Below are positions 14,301-26,450 of a stretch of DNA of 64,000 nt, in pieces. This stretch comes from Takakia lepidozioides (Eukaryota > Plantae > Bryophyta), in NCBI GenBank assembly GCA_030704615.1, contig CM060734.1:58652001-58716000 (forward strand). Direction: 5' to 3'. A program made the translations under genes and the position numbers. A model generated the notes under the pieces. It was not told the origin of the DNA, ran no database searches, and worked only from the letters and a program-made list of their open reading frames with translations. Positions within the stretch are counted from its first letter, which is position 1, and the number at the start of each line of letters is the position of its first letter.

Positions 14301-14518
14301 CTTAGTGTTGCAGCCTGGGAGCTTAGGTAAGTAAATCCACATGAAAAGAACGTCGCATGTTGTCCAACCCTTATGTAAACTTACTCAAATTGCCGGTGCT
14401 TGGAGTGAATAATTGGTGCCTTAAAGTTTTAATGATGATCACTATAATTACTACTTGGCGATTCCACAACATCTCTCCCAAAAGCAAAGACCTGCCATAT
14501 CTTGACAATGTCTGTTGT

Positions 14519-16821
14519 TCAATCATCAAGGTCCCAATAATTGTCATTGGCACCAGGCTTGGGAGCCGTGGATGACCCCTGACAGAGAAGCTGCAGAGAG
14601 TCTAAATGCTTGGGCAGTACCACCTCCGAACGGGCTCCCCCTCCTTCAAAGTAGTTGCACAACAGAGCCTGCAGCATTCCAACCCCATCAGAGAGCTGTA
14701 CTGCAACATGTGAAGGCCTTTTATTCGCCTTTGGTTCAAATTCCATTTGGTCACTCAGAACTGTGCGACTGCTCATACCTTACGTTCTTGAGATTAGCAA
14801 CCCTCACAGAGCATGTATCCTGCGGCATGACAAGGGCAACTTTCTACTAAACTTCTACAACCTCTACCAAAAGTGGCTGAATGTTTTCAAACAGTAGTTG
14901 ACATTACGCACCATGGCAGCATAGGCATCGAGCTGCTCCTTGCGAGATCGTCTGTTGCTGCCCCTACACCATTGTTAGTGCCACCAGTTCCTTAGTAATG
15001 CCACTACAGAACCCCCATTCCACTTACAGGTGCTCTCTTTTCTGGGTCTAGTCCATGACAGAGAAGGTTTATATGATCTGCGCAGTGTGACCACACCAGT
15101 GCCCACTCCATATTTTCAAGGTATAGAAACTTCCACTTATGCAGCAACAATAAAAGTACCACATATCCCCTCCAAATTTTCATGATGGGCAGCATATGAA
15201 AGGCTTCAAGGGCTATATGATACATACACATTGATCATGTAGCTCAAGGCATCTTGTGATGATCCATACTCGTCCTGTAAATATACTCTCCAACCTCTGC
15301 ACAATACAACCCAACATGAGATTCTGCAATTCATTACCTACTTTCCATTCATAATGATCAGTCAGTGCCACATCATTAGAAGTAAGTTTCTTATGCTCTA
15401 CAATTGCACTAACCCAGGGCTCATGCCTTCTTTCTTTTAACACGCACTTATGTCCAGGAAATTACATTCGTCATTTCTCCCTCCACGAAACCTTTGAAGA
15501 ATTCAGCCTCTACTGTCATGTCTGTTTCTCTGGGATCCCCACATTTGTCATACTGTCCATGCAAAGCGCACCTGAGATGAATAGAGAACAAGAGATTAGG
15601 TTGGGAGGTGTCACCTTTGAGCCGCAAGGTTGGCCAACCTGCCAGCAAAACTGCGGGCCTTATTGGCCTGCTCAGTGTCCTTACCATCCCACGCCTTTGG
15701 AAGCCCAACTATGAACTCGTCTGCTTTCTGCACTACCCAAACCCTGACACTCATCACTTCCAAGCACTGTTAGCCTTTGCAATTCACTCCTCACACTGAC
15801 AGCCAAAGCAAGCTTGTTCGCAACCCTAAAGGTCACAGATAAACCTTTTTATTGGCAGACACCAGCTGCCACAGTGTAATGATGCCATAGTGCATGAGCT
15901 GTTAAACTTTAACCAACGCAGACTTCACATAAAAGTTACAGCAAGCATACCTCTTGAAGGGCAACCTGCATGAGATGCTGCAGCAGCTTGTCCCCCTGCT
16001 GGCGCACAACCTACAACCCAGGCCCTGCCCTTAGCGTTTTTTCATTAGAGAAATGAAGGCTTTCCACTGGGAGTTGAGGGCGTTGCTATGGAAGAATACA
16101 TTAGGCCAAGACTTTCAGAAACCACAAGAGCATATAGTCCTGTGCAGAAGTGTGTGAGACTTACAGCAAGTGGGCGGGGAGCAAAGCCTCCAAAACTTAT
16201 GGAGAGTCCTGTCTTGACGTCGCCCAAATCCACACCCAGGCTATGCTGCATCCGGCCCCCTTCTCTGCCATCCTTCACCTTCTGAGCATTTGACATAAAA
16301 CCAGCAATCTTTGATTTCAACCGAGCCCGGGTTTCTGTCTTATCAGGTATTTCTACCTCCATCTTTTTCTTGCGTCTGGTTTGGCCTGTGCTCGGTTGAG
16401 AAGAATCTTGGTTTCCTGCTCCTTGCATGGCCTTTGTAGTTGACAGGCTGTCCAAGGATGCATGGCTGATGTTTGTGCTGGATTGTGTGTCTCGAACATC
16501 ACCAAGGGGCTGAGCGTCTGCACCACTACCACTGGTGCAGGGCTCTGAATCAAAATTGGACAATTCGCCCCCTGTAAGATTAATTATTTCTACGTGTGAT
16601 ACGTTCACAATACACCATGGATGTGCCCTACCCCGTGGCTCCCAAGTATGGGGTTGTGTGTTACCAAAGGCTGCTGCTTGGAGGTGTGTGCCCTCCTTGA
16701 GAACAGGTGGGCACTGGAACAGTGCACTAAGGCCTGGACAATGGGATCTGCAGAGTGCCAAGCTGCTTGAGCAGGAAGGAGTAAGTGGGTAGCCGTCCCA
16801 AGCGCAAAATCCAAGCTGCAT
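14519..16821 (-). CDS. YqgF/RuvX-family (Holliday junction resolvase-like / pre-16S rRNA nuclease) protein with a long N-terminal extension, possibly organelle-targeted; 6 exons: 16821-16165, 16010-15951, 15727-15615, 15296-15228, 14963-14912, 14668-14519
   Basis: Spliced translation ..HSLGVDLGDVKTGLSISFGGFAPRPLAVVRQQGDKLL..KADEFIVGLPKAWDGKDTEQANKARSFAGRLA..RGWRVYLQDEYGSS..EQLDAYAAMALLCNYF... The YqgF motifs (GxDxG, VGLP, DE, DAYAA) are present, junctions are GT-AG and the frame is intact. Confidence 0.9.
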
Positions 16822-17703
16822 TCTGGCCCTTGTCCTACAGCCCTATAGCTCTCCCTGCTTGCCACCCTGTCTCTATGCCCCAGAGAAGATCACCGTCTCC
16901 CATTGCACCTGTGCAGATAACATCCTCTCCTCCTCTCTGCAGAGAGCACACCAGATATCTGTCAAGCTTACACTAAAGCTCACCTCTGCAACTCTGTCTC
17001 TCTCGTGCCAGTTGACCCTAGACTACCTGGTACTAAGAGATGGCCGTTAGTGTAGGAAATGGTATACAGCACGCGTCTCAAGTGCTTCAAGTTCCGAGAG
17101 ATTTCTATCAAGTACATCAATCTAACTTGGACTGTCGGACGTTAACACTTTGAAATGGAGAAAGGGAAAGAGCCTTGGAATTCAGGTAGCGAGGAAGGGG
17201 AACCCGGAAGGTCTTTGCAATTCACCATGGCGTTCTATGCTACGCCTCATACAGGTTTAGATTGCAGACCCAGCGAGGCCGTAATGGGCAGAAATTATGC
17301 TAAATGTGCAACCTTTCGAACCGCACAACTCTCACTTGACTTCATGGCTACCACAGAGAAAGAAATAAGATGAGAGAGATACCTGTAAGGGGAGCAGAAG
17401 AAAGCCATCTTAAGCGTGCACGGCTTTATCGAGAAGTGGATGCCTTGACCCAGTTAAGGGCGACAAATGGTTGCTTGGGACCTGCTTAAGAAAACAATGG
17501 GTCCATCCTGCTACATACAAGGCCTGACCCATTTGATGTAGTTCCCCCACGGCTATTTGAAGTGGGTTCCAAACATTGACGAAAGCTTAGCATCCTGCAC
17601 AACGAAGTATTTAGAAGCTCACATCAGGTCTGGAAAGAGAGGGTGAACATAACTCCCAATATACACACAAGCAAAAGAAAATTACAACGCAAGGTATCCA
17701 CAC

Positions 17704-17960
17704 CTTCCCCTTCTGTTCCACTATCTTCGAGCCTCGAGGAGTAAAAATGGCTCAAGATAATCTGCAATTGTCCAGCTACAAAGACCAACGTTGTAAACTT
17801 GTCCAGACATCGTATACCAGTGGTAAATCAGAAGCTGCTAGCTTGATTCGTTTCAAAGACTCGCAAAGACAATGTCAAAGTGTAGACCGGAGATCTGGAC
17901 GCACCTCGCCAGCTTTCTTCGCAGCCTCGATTGCAACTGCTAAATAAGTGTCCAAGTCAT
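17704..17960 (-). pseudogene. Myo-inositol monophosphatase (IMP/VTC4-like) N-terminal two-exon fragment
   Basis: Exon DDLDTYLAVAIEAAKKAGE|gt is followed by ag|IILSHFYSS[7-nt duplication]KIVEQKGK|gt, resembling the IMP N-terminus (AI.AAKKAG..I..FY..K.VE.KG). The following VDLVT exon was not found. Confidence 0.65.
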
Positions 17961-18419
17961 CTGCGAGGCACAAGGGGAACACGGGAACGTCGATCTCAGC
18001 GAGAGCTACCCCGTGTCAGGAAGGACATGCAACATAACGTTTCACTCCATCATGTCGGCCAATTACACTATTGCAAAGAATATTCGTGGTTACTTGCAAG
18101 ATGAAATCGAGCACATACTACTGTGACTGCCACTTTAAGCCTCTGTTCAAAACTGGAGAGAAAAGGGAATTTTAGGGATAAAAATGGGGCCAGAAAATTT
18201 CAGGGACACCAGGCCTTTGGTGGTCCCTTCCCTGCTGGCATCATGTTTCTGATTGGGGAAGTCCCCTCCTTCCCTCCCCTAGGTTAGCATTTTGGCTGCT
18301 TGATACACTTTGGCTCTCCAGGGTGCCTCCGAATTTTGTGTGGCCTTATTAGGCCCACACACACCAGCCCTATGACAGTGGGGCCCATACTTGTGGTTAG
18401 TCAGATGTCCACCCCACTG

Positions 18420-18900
18420 TGCACCCTGCAGATTGCTTCACGACAAGGCCTCACAATTCTCTGAGGGCACTTGTACGAGACAGGATTCATAACCAAATGC
18501 CAACCAAACTATGTGCTGTGGTGTGGAGGGCCGTGCTTGCCTCTGCAAAATTCATGGCCATGTGGAGGTGGCAGATCATTGCGGCAAGATGCATTCTCAA
18601 GTGCTATCGCAAGGGCCCTGCAATTCACTTACTGCTGCAAACATGTGTGCTGCACTCGCACATGGGAAAATACTGCAAAGGTGAGTAGTGGCCAGGTTGC
18701 TCCTGTTGAAGTCACAGTGTATCCCTCTCCCTGATGGGAAACTCACATTTGTTGTAGACCCCGAATTGCATCCAGAAGTTGAGGAAATTCTTGCTCAGCT
18801 AACAAGATAATATGGGCAGGTGAAGGAGGACGGGTATGTGTTTGCTTTGTCTTGCATGACATGGAGGTGCAAACAGAACTTTCTCCATACCACTTTTGGG
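18420..18900 (+). pseudogene. PPR E/E+ (possibly start of DYW) domain remnant
   Basis: Broken frames give MPTKLCAVVWRAVL..KIHGHVEVA.. and HPEVEEILAQL..VKEDGYV..LHDME, typical of the C-terminus of PLS-class editing factors. Confidence 0.7.
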
Positions 18901-20986
18901 CTGATCCATGTGGTGACCAGATTCATCTCAAAATCCAGGGTGAGTAAGTGGAGCTTCTCACAAATGTGCTCGAAATGTCAAACTCCCACAAAAGAACTGG
19001 GACTGACAAAAGCCAATTTACTATTGGGGACCCACAATATGGTGGTTAAGAACAATGCATTAGAAACCATTTATGCTGAGAGGGACAAAAGACGTTCTCT
19101 CTGGTGAAAATCCAGCCCTCCTGTGTGTAGTGATTGTAACACGGCCACCAGGTCAGCTCAAAGACTGCTGGGTGAGCATGTTCATAGTGTTAAGAAATCC
19201 GTATCATCGAGAAGGATTCAAGGAAAATAATCAAGAGTTGAAGTGGGCCTGTTTTATATGTATCCTGCTTACCAGAAGTCCACTGAAAAAAATACTTAAG
19301 GTAGCTCCACTTGCACTAGGGTAGAAGCCCCTTTTATGGTTTTGAGTCCGAGGAAGCTTCGAGGAAAGGGTGCTCCTAGGCGGAGGAGAATGTTCACTTT
19401 ATCTTCGCAAAGTGCTTAGTAATGTACACTCTTCTTCACGAAGTAAGCAAACTGCAGGTCCGTATCTCTTCCTAGCTTTCCAGCAAAACAAAGCCTTCGG
19501 CCTCAACAAGTATAAAAAGTTACTTAATATCAGTAACTTTTTATGTTTTTCCACCTCGGAGGCCATATACACGTACCTGAATAAAACTTGAATAGAACGC
19601 CTTTTAGATAAGATAGATTTCCTTAGTTGACCACTGGCTTTGATAAGGGAGACAATAGGAATAATGTAAGTACTTAATGGACGCTTGCCATCCCGGCAGC
19701 CTGGGCTCCTCCAGCAGGGCCCTGTCAAATCCTCCCCACCTCCTCTTACCTCAGTTTCACTAATAAATACTTTAAGAATCCAAGTGGGTTCCAAGCTGTG
19801 GTGGGCAGGGTAATGGTAAGGTGATAGCGTTGCAGGTGGGGAAGTTCTGGGTTCTAGGCTCTTGTAGTGTATAGCCCCGGTCTCTCATTTAACCCTGGTC
19901 TCTCACGTAACCATGGTTAGTCCATTTTATACTTGGCCAAATTTGGACTTAGTCAAATTTCGAGACCACGAGTGAGTTACACTGAGTGGAGTTACACTCC
20001 ATTCTGTGTAACCCCGAGTGCAGTTATACACCTCGTTGTGTAACCCAATGTAACCCCAAGTGGAGTTACACACCTCGCCAATGTAACCCAACTGGAGTTT
20101 ACACCCATGCCATTCTCAAGAGAGGGTGGGGAAGGTTTGACATGCCAGAGTACGGCGTACCATCCTGTCAGAGGTTGCACGAGCCCATTAAATTCTTACA
20201 TTATTCCTATTATCTTCCCTTCGATAATGTTTTTTTTGAAGGCCTTAACCCTAAAGGACGAGCCTATTTTTTGTGGGCACGTCCATGAGGGTATTTGTCT
20301 CATTTTGACAAACATTCGTACTAAAGTCAAGCACCTCCTGTAAAGAAGATTTTTACCGTCTAATCAGGGTGATTATAACAAAAATGCTATGCCACATTTT
20401 CTACCATTCTCCATTTTTATTTTTATTTTTTCTTGGCGAAAAGGGGAATTAGCCCTTGAGAATTCTCCATTTCATAGTGAAATTTTGGTTTGACCAAGCA
20501 GGTGGCCTCCCATTTAAAAATTTCATTGATATAGGCTACCCAGATTCTGATTATATGGCACCTACAGCATGTCCACCCAAAAAATCTAGAGCCAAATTCC
20601 AAAAATTCATAGTGGTTGCTTTGTATGGGAAAACAAGGGGGTAAAAGTGGCCATTTCTATCATGGGACCCCAAATCACCCCAAATGTGTCCCAATTTTTT
20701 TAGGGATTCAAAATTCCTCCGGTCATGTTGTTGGCCTTCATACTCATTACCCTGAAAAGAAATGAAACTATCCTAAACTGTTTACAGGCAGAGATTGCAA
20801 AAAAGGACATTTCCTACTTGAATCCCAGCTCAGGCCAACTATTGCTAACGAGTGGGGCGGGCAAATAAAACCTTTCTACTTGGTGTCTGCAAGACCCACC
20901 CGCTCCTGCATAAAGTTAGCTCCAGGGTACACTAATATGTCTCTGCCACAAAAAAAAAACTTGTCGTGACTCACCCCACACATGCG

Positions 20987-21649
20987 CTAATCCCAGCTAA
21001 AGTCCCTAAGATGCATGACACCATGCACCTTGCATGATGCAAGTCTTACTTTAGAGAACAATGCAGCTGTGTCTCCTTTTACAAATTCCCATAACCTAAA
21101 AGAGTTGGGCTCTATAGGTGGAAGAAAACTCTCAAGTATTGTTGTGGGATGTCTTGAAACTACGTATTCAGGTATCCCCAATTCTGGCCAGCTCAAAAAC
21201 TCTCCTTTAATAAGCTTGGCTTGAATAATTTCCAACGGAAGTTGCGGTAGGGTCCGATCATCAAACAACCGTCGCAAGACCTTTGGAGAGTGTGTGTTTG
21301 CAAGGCTAGAAAATGTTTCATCCATCGTCATTGATTCTGCCTCAGAGCAATCCAATTTCTTTGTTGCTTCAGCTGTATTGTCTTCTTCACACATCAATTC
21401 CCACATCAACTGGCCCCCCAAGCTTCCCTCTGTATCACGCGCAACCATCTCCTTCCCCAATTCCTGCTCATTCTCTCTTATCTTTTTTTGCTGCAGCCTC
21501 TTCACTTCTAGCTCTCGTTGCAGCTCTCTCTCCCTCTCAGCAGCTACCTCCCGCTTGCTTTCCGGTTCTGCCTCCATCTTCAAGACGTCGCCGATTTTCT
21601 CAACGTATCGAGCTACTTCCTCTCTCAGATTGTGCTCCTCAGCTTCCAA
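20987..21649 (-). CDS. Unknown Glu-rich coiled-coil ORF (220 aa) inside the piggyBac-like element; 5' end probably frameshifted
   Basis: Open frame with protein-like composition (ERERELQRELEVKRLQQKK..). The nearest upstream ATG (~21710) is out of frame. Confidence 0.4.
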   Translation of the reverse strand: MEAEEHNLREEVARYVEKIGDVLKMEAEPESKREVAAERERELQRELEVKRLQQKKIRENEQELGKEMVARDTEGSLGGQLMWELMCEEDNTAEATKKLDCSEAESMTMDETFSSLANTHSPKVLRRLFDDRTLPQLPLEIIQAKLIKGEFLSWPELGIPEYVVSRHPTTILESFLPPIEPNSFRLWEFVKGDTAALFSKVRLASCKVHGVMHLRDFSWD

Positions 21650-21778
21650 TTCCCTCTCAAATCGAGCTTATTGTTTCTCTTATGCCTTCATCACAGGGTA
21701 ATTGAGCCATAGGTGTGCACCAAGCACGACCACAACATAAGGAAAATCATTATACAGGTCATGAGTTCTCCACCATAC

Positions 21779-21995
21779 AGATAGATATCACGCTTACACA
21801 TATAGATATATAACAGGCATAAATATCAGGCATACATAGATATCTAGATACATATCACGCATATATGTCATGGATATCTTCATAGATATCACGATATCTC
21901 CAAAGATATCTTCGTAGATATCTAGATAGATTTCACGCAAACATATCATTCATAGATATCTAAGTAGATATCACGCATTTGTAAGTATAGATCAA
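21779..21995. repeat. Degenerate (TA)GATATC(A) tandem repeats
   Basis: More than 10 copies of agatat(c)/tagata within ~220 bp. Confidence 0.7.
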
Positions 21996-23199
21996 TGAGA
22001 TTTCGATTGCATAATAATCATTACTATGTATTCATCATGAAAAGAACGCACTCTAAGAGTCCTTGTGGGACTATTTTAACGGTTAGGTATCGCACATAAA
22101 CAGTCCCCAAAGGACTCTTCGAACTATTACGTGTTCAAAGACATCTACCAGGGGACTGCTTATGTGCGATATCGCGCAAAAAAAAAAAAAAAAATCTCTC
22201 CATGGATGTAAGAGCTTCCAGCGAAGAAAAGGGGGCCATGTCATCAAAATCGATGAACTCATGGGCCCTGTTGTGAGCCCGTCTTTTGTGGGGCCCCCCC
22301 TGGCACCCATCGCAAGCAAATACCCACACCCAACCCCATCTGCCTGCCACGCGGTGAGATCAACCCTGCTTGGAGGGCCCCAAACCATCGAATTTTGGGT
22401 ACCCTAGGCACTCCAAAAAATCCCCGAGGTGGTCCTTGAGGTTTTTAGGGTGCCATCAAGTTCAAGGGGGTTGCAAAATTTAGTGAGCTAGATTTTTCAT
22501 TCAGGGCTCGATTTCAACCGACTTCATCTGCAGATGTTTCGTCCATTCGAAAATTCGACGCGACCCGTTTTGGGTCGGGTCGCATCGTCCCTTAGGGGTT
22601 AAATCAGTTCGCAACTAGCGGGTTCGTACACCCCTTTGGTGTGGGTGTTTCTTTTATGGCTCAATGGCAAGGGATCACCGATCACTGATACTGTCATGGC
22701 CCCTTATACATACATGGCATGCACCCAACATGGCTACATGTAGCTTGGGTTGAACTTGATGTTGTAGGGCCTTTAATGGTTTGAAAGAAGCCCTATAATG
22801 GTGTCATTTGAATTGTTAGACTGTCAAGTACACTTTCATATAATATAGAATCCAAATTGTATTATTTTTTAAATCATATAAAATGACATCGATTCCCCAC
22901 CGATTAACCAGCTTATAGGGAATACATTGCTCAAGACTCAAGTGGAGGCAGAATGTACTATGTCAAGCGCCTTAGTTTTGGATTGCCTCCGTGATTCTAA
23001 TCTACCTCTTCTAGTGTCTGTCGCTTCAATTGAAGAGGATCTCAATTTAGGAATATATGAATTCTTAGGCAATATCCAGCTCTGCAAAAATTCACAAACA
23101 AAGCATCTTGCTCATTATACCATAGATTTAAACGGATTGATTCCATCTTTGCAAGCCGTTTTGGCATCTCGCTCATGTTTTCGCTTTGCCACAAGTATG

Positions 23200-23450
23200 A
23201 GGAGACTGCCAGTGGCAGTCTCCTCATTTAAAAAATAAATAAAATTAGAAGCAACCGCCGGTGGTGGTCACATAATTCAAAAAATAAATTAATATGAGGA
23301 AACCGCTAGCGGCGGTCTCCTCATTTTAAAAAAACAATTAGAAGCGAGGTCACTTCATTAAAATAAAAAATAAAAAAACAATTAAACGCGACCGTCAATG
23401 GTGGTCGCTTCATTTAAAAAACAAATAAATTAGAAGCGACCGCCAATCAT
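23200..23450. repeat. AT-rich tandem repeats with GCGACCGCC..GGTGGTCGC palindromic cores (DNA transposon subterminal-type)
   Basis: Units such as tagaagcaaccgccggtggtggtc and gcgaccgtcaatggtggtcgc, separated by A-rich spacers. Confidence 0.55.
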
Positions 23451-23668
23451 TTTTTAACAGAATTAAAATACTTAATCATTTTCCACGTGTGTCTTACACA
23501 GTGGCTGCCATCTCATTGAAAAGGGTAGAAGTAGATCGTAAAAGCTAAATGTAAAAAAAAATACATGGATAAACGTCCATGATGTGACCTGCCAACACCA
23601 CGTCACGTCACGTCAGGAATTATAACCAGGAGGTTTCTTTTTTTTAATAATAATAGTAATAATAATAA

Positions 23669-23900
23669 TTCTAGCGACGATCGAAGGTCGAGAGCTAGTT
23701 TAGCGTAGAGCAGATATAGGGTGCCTTAGTACCACATCATCGTCGCCACGTTTCATAGCCATGTCATCGTAACCTACGTCGTCAAATTGTTTTAATCTGC
23801 CCGGACTGCCCGAAATGCCCGAAAATAACCGTGTTTTGCAGCGCGGGAAAGCGACGATGATGCCCCAGCGTGGTTGAGCGTGGAGGTGTGTCACACACCG
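23669..23900 (+). mobile_element. Dispersed repeat with hairpin terminus (Helentron/Helitron2-like non-autonomous end?), copy 1
   Basis: ttctagcgacgatcgaaggtcgagagctagtttagcgtagagcag.. is nearly identical to 31132-31270. It forms a CTAGC..GCTAG stem with an inner GACC-GAA-GGTC-type hairpin. Confidence 0.45.
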
Positions 23901-24024
23901 ATCTCATAGAGAGATCCTACATGCTGCACAACCTTTTTCACAGATAATAGCGAGAGGAGAAGCTCTGGAATGAATACGTGCAGATTCATCCAAGAGTGCC
24001 GGATTTCAAGCTCCAGAGAGGTCC

Positions 24025-26450
24025 ATGCTGCAATTGAAAGCTGGAATCGTGCCAACTATCATTCTGCACACTACTATGGTGGGCATGTATGCCAAGTGTG
24101 AAGAATGCAAAGGCAGTGTTCGACAGTATGGCTTAGCGAAATTAGTCTCTTGGAATCTGATGGTCGCAGGGTTTGCCCAGCATGGATGTGGGATGGAGGC
24201 ATTGGAGACTGTACGATGTGAAGAAGTTTGTCCATCCTACAAATGTGGGCTCTTGGCTCATGTTAGTACCATGATTGTGATGTTTACAAGGTTATTGGGA
24301 GAGTCAGCTTGGTCTTAGCAGGCCGTGTTTCAATCTCTACCTGCTTAGCTGCAGTGTGGTGGTTAACAAAGACCAATCCGACATTACCTGACTACAGACA
24401 CAAGCATCACACACAAGAGGTCCTTTTGGGCTGATGGTCTCCATGGGTCACAAGGTCAAGGACAATGTGGTGAGGGCACCTTCTTCTTCAACCTATTTCA
24501 GCCTGTTTTGCCCTCTCATCAGACTCGGCCCTGAGATGCATATTGAATTCTCTAAGTTAGCTCGTTGGGTGATCTATGGTGGTTTGGAGTGACTTTGACA
24601 AGTGACTGCCCGATGTGGCAGCAGGAAAGTATCCAAAAACAGATAACAGAGATGAGGAGAAGCTTTGGAATGAACACTTTTCCGACCCGAGTCACTGGTG
24701 GGACAATGGAGACAAAAAAATGAATGCTTGTTGGACTACAGAGAGAAGCAGATGAAATTCAGAATTGGAACTACTGTAATAAGTAGGGTTGGGATGTCTG
24801 CTGGAAGAACTTCATGCCGTCAGTCCTAAATTTCCATGTTGAATTCTGGAGTGACTTTGACATGATACTGCCAATGCGATAACAGGAAAGTATCCCAAAA
24901 CAGGTAACAAAGATGAGGAATGAATACTTTTCTGCCCCCAGTCAATGGTGGCACAACAGAGGCAAAACGTTGAATGTCTGCTAGATGACAGAGAGTAGCA
25001 GACGCAATTCAGCATAGGAACTAGTGTGATTGGGTGTTTCCTAGAAAAAATCTAGGTTGTCATTGTCAGCTGCTAGCAAGAAGGGCAAAGATGAATGTAT
25101 GATTTGTGCAGAAGCATGGATAGCTGAAGGAGAAGGGATAGAGTGTGGGTCCGGATATCCAAGAGGGCCAGATTTCAAGCACAAGATTACGTATGATTTC
25201 CTGTGGATCAATAGCTACAAGAAACCTGCATGCGTAGATGGTCAATTAAAGGCAACAGCTGCAGCGGCACAGTTGATAAAATCAGGCACCTCAACCCTGA
25301 CCACAGCTTCTGGAAGAGGATCAAGAGAGGGAGTCCACAATGCCTCTTCTGGCACTTCTGGGCATGTGAAGATGCTTTGTGAGGCAGACTGACTGAAAGA
25401 GGCTCTACAGACTTTAAACCAAGGAGGAATTTCAGCAAATTCAGATACATATATGTCTGTCTCTTGCATAAGTGCATCAAGATGAAAGGCCTTGAAGCTG
25501 TCCAGAAAGCAGGTGCACACGAGGGGTGAAGCCCATCCACATCACATTCGTTTGTGTTTGCAATACGTGTGCAAGCCCTGGAAAAGGGGAAAGAGGCTCA
25601 TGATGACATCGTCAAAGCAGGAATTTTACCAGGTGTCATTCTGAACACTGCACTGGTGGACATGTATGCCAAATGTGGGTGCATTAAGGATGCAAGGGAG
25701 TTTGCAACAATATGGCTGCACGAGATGTGGTGTCGTAGAGCGCAATGCTTGCAGGGTATGCACAACAGGGACATGGGGTGGAGGCTGTGGAGACCTATGA
25801 GCAAATGATGGGGGAAGGGGTGATGCCCAACCATATCACGTTTGTGTCTGTTTGCAATGTGTGTGCAAGCCTGGCAGCTCTGGAAAAGGGCAAAGAGGCC
25901 CATGGCGACATTGTCAGAGCTGGAATTGTACCCGATGTCATTCTGAACAATGCCCTCGTGGACATGTATGCCAAATGTTGGAGCATCGAGGATGCGAAGG
26001 CAGTGTTCAACAATATGGTTGAATGAAATGTGGTGTCGTGGAATGCGATGCTTGCAGGGTATGCACAGTAGGGGCGCAGGATGGAGGCTTTGGAGACATG
26101 TGAGCAATGATGGTGGAAGGGGTGAAGCCCGACCACATCAGGTCTGTTCGTTTGCAAGCCTGGCAGCCCTGGAAAAGGACAAAGAGGTGCATGGTTGCAT
26201 CGCAAAAGCTGGAATTGTACCAGATGTGATTCTGGACAATACCCTTGTGGACATGTATGCAAAATGTGGATGCATAGAGGATGCGGAGGGAGTGTTTGAT
26301 AGTATGGTTGAACGAGATTTGGTGTCGTGGAGTGCATGATTGGAGGGTATGCATAACAAGGGCGCGTGATGGAGTCTTTGGAAACCTATGAGCAAATGAT
26401 GGGGGATGGGGTGAAGCCCGACCACATCACGTTTATTTCCGTTTGCAATG
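24025..26450 (+). pseudogene. PLS-class PPR pseudogene segments
   Basis: Repeated motifs TALVDMYAKCGCIxDA, VVSWNAMLAGYAQQG, GVKPDHITFV and LAALEKGKEAHG, with stops (TGA/TAG/TAA) and frameshifts. Confidence 0.9.

Larger units (their letters stand above)
20249..22598. mobile_element. Non-autonomous piggyBac-like element with TTAA target duplication
   Basis: TTAA (20245-48)|CCCTAAAGGACGA ... TCGTCCCTTAGGGG|TTAA (22599-602): short imperfect TIRs beginning with CCC. No transposase is recognisable inside. Confidence 0.65.

Noticed and set aside
20169-22640. hAT-like MITE hosting the piggyBac-like element (cagaggttgcacgagccc / gggttcgtacacccctttg)
   Set aside because: The inverted match is weak and no 8-bp TSD is visible.
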